Positions 53,501 through 64,000 of a stretch of 64,000 nt of DNA are shown here, piece by piece. The notes beneath the pieces were generated by a model. The model was not told where the DNA came from. It saw only the letters and a program-made list of their open reading frames with translations, and did no database searches. The position numbers and the translations under genes are program-made. Source of the stretch: Fimbriosthenelais zetlandica (lineage: Eukaryota); assembly GCA_977030845.1 (NCBI GenBank), contig OZ365116.1, positions 18,352,001-18,416,000 on the forward strand, in the 5' to 3' direction. Each line of letters opens with the position of its first letter. Position 1 is the stretch's first letter.

Positions 53501-56500
53501 TGTATATGTGACAACCGTCTCGGACTGACAAACACTTGTAAATGGATCTGTTTCACCTGAGACTACTGACATTTTACCATATTCCATTTGCCAACAGATC
53601 CCCGACCATGTCGCCCTCCCCCTTTCACTGATGATATTTCACGTTCACCCCCATTTGGGCTTCATACACCTGATAGCCCCAACTGCTGATATGTGAGAAT
53701 CCTTTTCTAAAAAATCATATTTGGTCCAGCCAGGACGATCCCATAAAACTTGTTGATGATCTCATGCATTTCAGGAGAATATTTGAAATATATATATTAA
53801 TCAAAGCATGTTCTTGGTAGGTTTGTGGAGAGTAAAGAATGTCATGTACTCTCTTGACATGAAATTATGATTGAAAGAATTTTCAAACACCAAAAGAGCA
53901 TAACATCCAATGATATTTACCTAATAATGGTGGACATTATTTCATGTTCATTTTCGGTTGTACATGGTGTGGGAGACTGGCACTTTTGTGTATAAACACT
54001 AACAAATCATGTTGAGAAAAGGTTCTCAGTGAGTATAGGAGTAACTGAAGTAGCACTCTTTACACTGTTTGGCATTTGTTTCCTCAAATCGGGCACACGG
54101 TTGAAAGGAGATGTCCCTCTTTCGGACCACCCATGGAACCAACATTTTATAACACACTACCACTTTGAGCAGGTCTTGGCAAGTGATTGTGACAAAAATG
54201 TGACATGCTCCTAGGCTACATGTCCTGTTCATCATTCAACCAACATGCGAGATAGACTCAAGACATATGTTCCGTATACCTGGTTGCCACTTAAATTTAT
54301 TCAAAAATAGCATCGGAGAAATTTATCAGCAATTCTTTGGAATAATATGCCAGAATCTCAATATGAAAGATCTTCACATCATGGTCATTGCTAAATGAAT
54401 CAAGTCTGCCTAATCTGCGTTGTATACTGTATTCATCAACAACAGGGGTTACTTTAGTCAGATGACGTCACTAGTCGTGTCATATGACGTGGTGCACCAC
54501 GTGAACCCGAAAAAAAGGAGCTGGAGAGGGGGTTGGAACGGGTAGGGAATGGTACACCGGGCTGGTATAGGGGTGGGTGAGGAGTGTATGGTTACTATAT
54601 AGATGGTTCAGTGACAGAATCAAGTCGGACAGTTGGAAAAGGGAGATGTAGAAGGGGGGCAGGCTGGTTCTCTTCTGTACCGCCCTTTCTCTTCTGGTTT
54701 GGGAGGTTCTCTCATGTAAAGGGACACCAAACCGTAACTGCTCCAAGGTCAGTCAGTATTTAAGGACAGGGGTGGTGGGTGAGACGAATGGTTATCAAGA
54801 AGGCTTGATATTAACTATGTATGTAGCCAGGGAATTGGACTCTTGATAGTCCAATGTGAGACAACAATCATATCTTGATATCCTGATATTATTTTTGTGA
54901 ATATCGCCAATAAAATAATGCCTTATGATAACATTTGTAACCCATGTGTGCTTTAACTTAACATCTTGGACTGAGACATGATCTGTTCCATCTATAGTCA
55001 CTCAAAAAGTATATTGAATGAAGTCACTCCACATATTGTTACCATTAAGGACATTGGAACATCTGTATCCGCTTCATGATTTTTGCTGTGTTTTTTACAC
55101 ATTTAAGAATCTAGTGTCAAGTTCCATTTAGGCAGTATGAAAGTTAAGAGTGCGAACGACCGTTCCGATCTCGTGAGAAATCTCAATTCATTATTGGGGC
55201 TTCCAAGAAGAAAAGAAATAGAACTTGAAATCCGCCCCAAGCTCTTAATATGAGTAGCCTCCATCGCAACTTGGCAGGAGTAGTGGTGGCCTGCCTGGGA
55301 GGTACAGTATGGAGTGCAATATGGCCCAGCCTTCAAACCCTTCCCCACCCCGAGCACAGGGAACAGGGGGGCCTGCAGCGGGGTGAGCTTCTAAAGTTTC
55401 CCACCAGTCTTTTGTTGGTGGTCTCTTGAGTATGTTTAATCATGATAGATGATATAGGCAGAGGGCATGGGGTGTAGATGTGCTAGTATCTAACATGACC
55501 ACATTTATTTAACATTCAGCCTCTGTGCGGGAGGAATAAGCCCCCATCCGTGGGTAGGGGCATTATTTGCTAAATATTATATCACGATCATTTATTTGTA
55601 TGGTTGATGTTGAAGGATAAGGCACAATATTATATTTAGTGCTGGTTTTCAGTGTTGTTCAAGGCATAACCCTTGTGCTGTCAACCTCCGATCCCCAGAC
55701 GGATGATATGTGTTGACGACTACTGTTATATATACTATGTACTACTACTGTTATATCTATAATTAATGACAAGATTCTAAATTTACTTTCCTCCATGAAA
55801 AAGTCTGGACGACACATGTATATTGTCTTAAAATAACTTTCCGTCTTTACTCCAATTTACTGGCATCAAACATCAATATCTTTTATAATTATTTAATACA
55901 CCCACAAGGGTATAGGTTACATTTCCTTATAAAGTTCTATAGACAGTTATATGAGCCACCTGTACATCCAATAACTCACTTCTTCATTGTGCTTTAAGTA
56001 GTGAGGGTATGAAAATGAAGCATTAATTTGAGGGTCCCAACCAAGTATATATTCTAATCTAGTGGTATGGTTCTGGTATTATGCAGCGTTATCAGCCATG
56101 CTGGCTTTAGTTGCTTATCTTACATATCTCTCTCTCAGGCCAGGTGGTGGGCTTCTCATATAGCTGGTAAGTCTATCCCCGGCTCCCAATGTCTCCACCA
56201 GAGATATCCCAGGCTGGTTCAGACCACCTCTCACTCTACAGTATATCTACCACACATAGATGTACAAACTCCAAGATGACCAGCCCAATCATTGTCAAAA
56301 ACCAGCTCAAAATTGGTCAATATTTAATGAATAGTGAAGTAGCATTCAGTGCTAGCAATCGAGGTAACTACTTGGGAGTATAGGTGAATGTAATAGGCAG
56401 CGTGTGCTGGGTTAGCTGGCTATTTTAGTCACCTGTTTAGATGATCAGCGGGAGCAGCTCACACATCAATCTACACTACCTCTAGCCTTTGTCTATAGAT

Positions 56501-59500
56501 CACACCTGACAATGTAAATAACGATATGCACTGATTGTTGTGAACTTTCCGGACTAGCCACCATGCACTTAGATATAGCCTAAAGTATTTGGGGGTGTCC
56601 TCATAAATGGATCATACCCCTAGATAGACTAGTTTCGTTATGCATAGGCTGTGAATGTTCAGCTTCATTTATCATAGCCTTTAGCTTACAGGGTTTCATA
56701 TTCGAGTACCAGTGAAGAGATTCTGTATGGAGAAAGAACGCATAGTGGGAGAGTGGGAGATGGGGAGGAGAAGGTTGAGGGTTCGTGGCATGGCAAGGAG
56801 AAAGGTGAATATTTCCATCTCTTCTGACAGCCAGAAACCTGCAAGCTACACCCGATGTTTCACTACGAGTTTACACACCCTGGTGAGCTCAACATTTTGC
56901 TAAGATAAACAGGGGAAGGGGGTGCGGCTTAAACCATCCTAGAAGTAGTGTGGAAGGTAGATGCTCCATGTGCCAGGAATCCTGGAAGGAGCAGAAGTGG
57001 GCAAGAGGATGGGGTGTTGAATCTACCGTATTTCTTATAATATAAACCTGGCCTTCTAACTGAAATGTGTTCATTTACATCAGTTTAATAACAGTTTGAC
57101 CCTGTAAGAAGCCAGAGTAGTGAGGAGTACCGAGTTCAATTGTGTTATAATTTTAATAGTATAGGAAGGAGTCTGAGAGGGCCTCTTTCATGCTCATACT
57201 ACACTCTTCTTGGTAATTAATAGTTCTTCCATCAAGGTTAATTAATTAGGATTTACTATTCTTTTTCGATTTCCTTCCTACACTTGATGAAGTGGCTCTT
57301 CTTACATCAACCCCAGTAGCCGAGTGGCCAGAGTGCCTGACTCTTATCTACTCTGCCATTCCCATCTGAACTATTTCCGCTCAGATCATATTATTGCCAA
57401 GTTGTATTCGGGTAAATGCGGTGTAGCGGTATGTATTGTATGGGTACATGGATGGAGGGCTTGTTTCTGCACCTCTCTGGTGTTAAGAGGGTCAAATACT
57501 ACCCGCGGTTGAACAGGGGCGAACCTCTGCCAACCTTCCTGTTTATTTCTGTTGAAAAAATAAACAGTCATCAGTGACTCTCGCCATGAGATGTGCTTGT
57601 AATTTTGATGGATGGAAGCGAGTAAAAAAAAACGCGAGGTGGCACACATAATTCAGGTTCCCCTTCATTTTAGGCTATGCTAAAGTGCAGCTGATTGAAT
57701 GTTCAATCAGCATACATATTTTGCTCAAGTAGTCTTGGTAAAGAGCTTGAGACAATGCAGATGGGATTAAATTAGCGTAAGAAGACAAAACGGTGTTTCA
57801 GCAGTTTGCAAGAGATTATTTCTCTCGAGGCCACCGTATTCAATAAATAACATAATTTGAGAGGAGATGAGAGAATGACAAGGACCAAGTGTAAGATCTG
57901 AAGGTAACAAAATAGGCGTCAAGCAAATAGGTTTGTATGAGACATTTATAGATGATGTTTGCACCCACCAATACGGAGCTATCAGATTGCATTTTTTCCC
58001 AATCAGTGTGTACCCCATGAGACCAGGTATATCAAGATGGCTTCACATATTCTATTTCTCCACACCATCACTTGTAATCCGGTCTCAAGGTCACGCTTGG
58101 GTCAAACAGATCAGATTTAACCTAAGGGCAGGGTCAAGTGAACTACAGGTTCCTGACCTCGCCACTGTGGGAGAAATGGCGCTGGTGATTGAAATGCTCA
58201 CACAGGGCCATGGGGAGTTGGTCTGTACCCCTGTATGTCTATGTCCCTGTATCAGGTAGGTGAGTGAAAGGGTAGGCAAGGCAAACAAGTTATCACTGTG
58301 CAATAATTTCACCCTTACATCTGCCGGACACATGGTTGGTACTGGAACAACCAGCATGGACTTACCTCTGATATTTGAGGCCCCAAGAGTACTAGATGCA
58401 GGTATTATTTGCAATTTGTTCTGGCTTCAGTTTGTAATATGTATTAAAACCGTATGGGGGCCTTTCTCCTATTAGCAGATCACAGCCATAATTATTTAAG
58501 CGATATCTCCCTGGATGTATATATCCAGTAATTTCAACTCTGATGTGTGCTATCCTAGAATTAGAATTCTAGTCATCATAGAGTATCGCACAACATAATT
58601 ATATATAATAGGATTTCATTATAAGGAGGGATATGGAAGGAGCGCTACATTGTCTTTAACTTATATATTCCAAGACTCGCCATAGGCCTATACATACGTA
58701 AGAGAAGCTTAATAAAAACACATGCACCTGACAGACATGCGCACTTCTGCCAGAGAAGAACCGTCCCTCCCTCATTCCCACTAACCATACATATTACCAT
58801 AGCAACTGTACACGCCTTTACCGATTCAATTTAAGTTTTTGTCCTGGAATAATTGTGGCTCAGATTACAGGAGGCCGAACGTCTCCGATTGTTTCCGAGT
58901 CACCCGATACCCCCCAATGCTCAACTTCATGCACATACCTTCAACAAACTCAATAATGGCAAGAAAAAAGAGAAGACGATTCGAGCTGGCATTCTAACTG
59001 AAGTAAGAAGACTCTGTGTATTTGACCGTTTTTTCCCTGTCCCCCCATGTCTTGGAGGAATGGTGCTCTTGTGTTTTTTTTTTAATTTCTGCCGATCTCA
59101 AGTAAATTTCTTCATTTTGATGTTAGATTTGCAATGCCACGTTCTTGGAGGGTGAGTAGGTTGGAGAAGTAACTGGTGGGAGAGGAGGGGCGAGTGGCAG
59201 CATTGAGTAGCGGTTTAATTCTTTGTGAAGGAAATGAAGCTGGTTTCAGGTTACCAGCCTGTCTGATTGTTAAGCCAGATTCGTTTCATTAATTCTAGAT
59301 ACTCACACTATTACATGTCATGTTGCTTTTAAAGAAGGGCAAGGAAAAAGGAGAAAATGAGGGGCTGCACGAAAGTTTTAATTTATATTCCCTTGTCAAT
59401 TTACATCGGATGAACGAATTCCTGGCCTATTTATGCAGCTTTTCTTTCGAAATTCGAAAGTGATACCCTATTTTTCATTTGTAACTGGAAACCTGGTTGG

Positions 59501-61405
59501 AAAATCTCATCTTTGGTTTCATTAGAAAAGAGGAGTTGAGCGACAGAGAGTAGAGACTGTTAAGGGAACATCAATGTAAGGTGTCTCAGTCACAAGTACG
59601 ATTCTTATGATCAACCTACCACCATACCAAACACTGTGAGAGATGACTGGCCATCCTCCACACAAGGTCCTATCTCACACCCAATGTACAGGTGGACACC
59701 ACTGACACGCTCCCATATAGACGACTGTCTTAACAATCGATTAACCGAAATGCTGTAACTTATCTCAATGTGTACCTTCTTTAGAAGTGGTTTCCAGCAC
59801 TTTGACAAGCCAGTATATATAACTAGTAAGGACATGTCACTTGTCCATCGCTGCCTTCCACTCTCCCTCCTACCAATACCCCTATAGATCCACAACAAAA
59901 ACTTCACTCAATTCCTTCTCAAGTCTCTTCAGCCCTTGAAGATAATCCCACAAAGCGTGTCTTGTACATGTATTATTCCCCTGGAGGAAGTTGCCTCATC
60001 TCCTAACTAAAAAAAACTAGTAACATTGAGCTCAGAAATTTCAGATTGCATGCCTTTAACCTGGCACTCTTATCAACAGTGCAAATTTAAAAATCGATGA
60101 GTCGGTGGGGATTTCTTTCAGGTTTACCTTCCACCAACTGATGTCCCAGGTCTGTGAGTTTAAGTTTTCTAAATAATGAATCTTGGTGGGACTGGCCGTG
60201 TTGTGTACGTCATTGATGTGCGCTGAGGTCTTTTGTTTTCCCGCTCCAACCAATCCATATCTGGCTAGGTAAATGATACTTCTACTTGCCATGGTTTACA
60301 GAATGGGGTTTTTATGTTGCAAAAGTATCAAATTTGTCGACATGCATAGGAGGAGGAACTGGGGCTGGATGTGAGGCACGATTCCAGCACCCCCTTGTAA
60401 CTGTGATCTAGTAAAGTCAGGGTTAGTGAGATGAAGAAGATGATGATATAGGGTGGTGGAGGGAGCGGGAAGAAGCATACAGGGGGATAGAAAGAAGCGA
60501 GTCATGCTGAAGTGGTTAAAAATTGCACCAGATACTTATCAGGTTGCAATAGTATTCCCTTTGTCTCATGCCTCATGCACAGAATATAACATGGTTGCAT
60601 TTTAATTGCTCTCACTGTTGGTGATCTTTTTCCTGACATCATTAGGGAAAGTAAAGGCAAGATGAGAAAAAAAATGTTCAAAAAACACTTCAGTCTGAAA
60701 TTGTATGAAACTCGACACAAGGATTTGTTTCATATCAACAAGCTATATAAGATTACAGCCTTCTGGGTCAGACTATAGATTCGAGATCTGAGAAATGTTA
60801 TAAAATATCATGATAGCCTATTCCTTTCCTATATCATCAGTGAAATAATACAGGTTAGGGATTTGCATATAAAGTCATTTGTGTTGTTTGGCAGGACTTT
60901 GCTGAGACTACTATGAATGAGCTGCTGGGCTGGTATGGCTATGATAAAGTAGTTGATCGAGAGGACACCCAGGGGTTGAATCTTCAGCGTTTCACATCGC
61001 GTTCATCCCCCGACAGTGCTGCCTCCCCCGGAGAACCAGAGGCTGATGTCCCTAGCAACCGTGACTCCGCATCCAACGGCAGCTGTGAGAGTGACGTCAG
61101 AGCCGGCAGTGCCCCTAGTCCAGGTGAAGTCATTTTTAAAGTTCCTTTTAAAATCTTAGTTGAGTAAAATATATTTTCTTGTATTTCTTAGAGTCACAGA
61201 GACTAAAGGATTGCAGCCCTATGCTTCCCCTTAGCCTTGAGGTCCAAAAGGCACAGAATGTTTCTATTCAGATTTGTAGAAAGTTAATTAAATGAAACAA
61301 TTCATTCCATTCCTCCAGGTTCTGGCAGTGAAATAGCAGCACATCACCAAAATCTGGTGTCAGCCCTTACGACAAGCAAGTCCCCAACCTCACCTAATTC
61401 ATCAA
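35572..61405 (+). CDS. SOBP: Sine oculis-binding protein homolog, 3'-partial. Exons 35572-35676, 60895-61123 and probably 61319-61405; the gene continues beyond the window
   Basis: Exon 1 (MEPNGGGK...VKEEPREEPPPAPK|gtacgt, phase 0) joins the acceptor ttggcag at 60894 and reads DFAETTMNELLGWYGYDKV, the conserved SOBP N-terminal signature (human NFAENTMNELLGWYGYDKV). Exon 3 is 87 nt, phase 1-1, with good splice sites. Confidence 0.88.
48385..48403 (+). promoter_or_regulatory. Candidate CTCF-binding site in SOBP intron 1
   Basis: GATCCGCCAGAGGGGGCTT closely resembles the CTCF core CC(A/G)CCAG(A/G)GGGCGC. Motif match only. Confidence 0.4.
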
Positions 61406-64000
61406 GTGAGTAGAATAATGATATATGCATGTATTCTGTAATGATTGCACAGAATATGTAGCCGGAACATGTTCTGAATTGACACTCGGAATAGTATAAT
61501 AAGAATTCCTGGTCAACCATATTTAAGAATTTCAATGTTTCAGTTTTGTGTAAAAAGATTCCCCGGTGAAGTTATGAGATGTTAATTTTTAGGAGAGGAA
61601 AGGGAGAAACATTAATTTGAACCAAGGCATCGGTTTTAATCTGTTAAGTGTCGTCTGACGAAAGGATAAATTCCCTCGTTAAAAGGTTCTCATTAACTCA
61701 TTAATTGTTTCATACACATTCACATTTCATGTGCCACTATGTATAACACAGGGGGGGGGGGCGAATTCAGTGATTAAAAAGTCTATTAAGAGAAGCCTCA
61801 TAATTACTATAGTTCTGAGCTTGTACACTTTCTGTGCACTTTCACATCGAAAGTTCGGATCCCTTACGGTTAGCCTGTGCATTTTCTTGGTAGAAAAATG
61901 TTAACTTTTTATCTAGTCCTATAAGAAAATTTAGGACACCTCATTTAAAGAACTGCCTTCTTTAGTTTAACTGAAGCAAAATTAAATATGCGAGAAGCGA
62001 GAGAATTGACTAAAGAAATGCTGCCTCCATGACAACTTAAGCCCTGCCATGCGATATGGTGAAACCATGAGAAGAGGATGCAGCAAGAGGCAGGGCAAGG
62101 AAAAATTGTGCAAGAGCCAAAGAAAGAAACCACGCAGAGCATTTCTCTGGAATGTGTGCGTGTGTCTCCATGTCAGCGCCAGGAGCAAGCCATCATTATC
62201 CCCCAAAGTCAAGCGGGCCTTCTGAAACTCAAATCTCCGCATTAAGAGGTCGGCGTTTTTAACGAGTTAGATCAGTGCACACCTGAATGCGACACGAACA
62301 GTGAAATGACGACTGTTAACACAAGATGCCAAACTACGGCTGGGGTTTGTTATTGACCTGCTGTAAAGGATAGGTGGACACATTCTCCATGTATTCAATT
62401 CACAAGTTGAGAAAGGATGGATGCATAATGAGACCATGTGTCATGACAACTAGTACTGACTGACCCTCTTTATGGATCACTATGGTAACCGATCTCGCAA
62501 TGTAACGTGTGATCACACGACATCTTCATTCACTAATATGCCCAAACCAGGGGGAAGGGGACTCCCCTTTCCGCCTCCTTGTAAAAAGAGATCACCCAGC
62601 TTCGTTACAAAGTTCCTGGCATCCGAGTCTCATAGCTTTTGTAACTGCAGGATAGGAGGAGAAACTAGAAGGTTGGGCCTGGGCCAGGGGTATAGGTGAA
62701 GATCAAAAGTGGAGGATGGTGGAGGAAGCTCCAAGTTCTGAGCTCGTTGGGATCACGTTAGAGATGATGACCAGGGGTAGGGCAGATCTTGTTCAAGGGG
62801 TGCGCTTGGATCATTGGAGGTATACATAGGGAAATGATCCCCTTAGCGTGTGCTATTATTTGGCTGGCCTGGGGTCAACTGTATCAACTGGCTATCTCCT
62901 CCAGTACTGGTCACATGAGCTGCTCAAACCAGCACAGGTGAAGGTACTTACATAGGTGTATGAGGGTGGTACTAGCTCAGTGTAAAGCCACTTCATATAT
63001 TACATTGAATTCTGGCTCCTTTCACACAGGGAGAATATATAATATAGGTAAAGTGAATAGAACCAATCAGCCTAATGCAAGAGGATCACAGTTCCAACCA
63101 AACAACCAGGGATTCTTAATTGTTTCTTTCACAATGTCTCACCTATTTTCTCCTGCCAAGTGAGGGAAGTGGATATAGAAACTGGTTTTGACAGACCAAA
63201 GCCTATAGTTCTCTGAATACAGTCATCCCCTATTCGCTCTTCTAAATGCATATGTCAGCCAGCGGAAGTCTTGGGTCGTATTCACGGATCCAATAGAATA
63301 TGGGGTCTCAGTTTCCGTCTGTTTTTTTCTCCCACCATTCCAAGCTTGGCCGATGTCAAAACTTATGATGACATCATTGGCAGCCATTAGGTGGCACAGG
63401 CTATAGGGAGGCAGGCACGTGTTCCGGCTGCCATCTTTGATCTGAGCTGAGATCAGGTGACATGGTTGGTGGAAGATCACCTTTCGCTTCCATTACTCTA
63501 CCTGTCACCCCGTCCCATGTACTGTCTGAGATATGCCAGACTCTGATGGTACTGTCCGTGATGAATTACGTTAATAATAACCCATATCTACACATTACTC
63601 TGCTCAACAAATGAATATAATCCACATAATCTATAAATAATTGCTCTTGCCTGGATGTATTTTGTCGAGCCAGGGCGCAGAACCCCCTGTCAGTTATTTT
63701 TAAGAAGACCACACAATTTTGAAGATGTCAATGATGTTATATGATGATACCTTTCATTGAGGTGAAAAGCTGACTCAGTGAGAGTGGGGACTGCCAAACA
63801 GAACATTGTTAACTCAAGACAGGTCTCCCTTTGTGTGTGGATTATTGTGTATGCAAGGCAACAATATTTTGATCCACACGATCCCTTCTTTCTGCCCTCT
63901 ATAGAAAACCAGATTCTTGAGGGCCTGTGTGTATAAGAACACAGGCAAAGGGCTATATAACCCCTGTTTGTGAAAAGGGGGTGCTCGCTGGTCATGTGTG

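Noticed and set aside
27300-64000. Many 60-120 aa ORFs listed in the track
   Set aside because: Lengths are as expected by chance, many use non-ATG starts, and none shows a recognisable domain. Only the SOBP exons are supported.
1-64000. tRNA, rRNA, CRISPR arrays, operons or prokaryotic defence systems
   Set aside because: The DNA is eukaryotic with spliceosomal introns. No repeat-spacer array or paired tRNA A/B boxes were seen.

Overview
Animal genomic DNA: AT-rich, with GT-AG introns, most likely from a marine invertebrate bilaterian (the taxon is inferred). The first 27 kb is gene-dense with six genes: a 5'-truncated ZMYM2/3/4-woc gene (+), a complete 12-exon ACTR6/ARP6 gene (-, 396 aa), an intronless TRIM2/3-like RING-NHL gene (+) head-to-head with ACTR6, a 3-exon secreted single-LDLa protein (-), TMEM45B (-), and an intronless glycosyltransferase-like gene (-). 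The remaining 37 kb holds the upstream region and first three coding exons of SOBP (+), with a 25 kb first intron containing several promoter- or enhancer-like islands. Best finding: in the ZMYM gene, two exons of about 1.25 kb are only 41 nt apart and both are phase 0 in, phase 1 out. One encodes the MYM zinc-finger array and the other an acidic region with AT-hooks. Including both or neither breaks the frame, which points to mutually exclusive splicing. Second finding: a 646-bp element flanked by TTAA, with GG-starting terminal inverted repeats, its own promoter-like motifs, an ORF start and a polyA signal. It resembles a Kolobok element and may be a solo long terminal direct repeat. All exon structures were derived by hand from splice signals and reading frame; no database searches were run. 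No rRNA, tRNA or CRISPR array was found.
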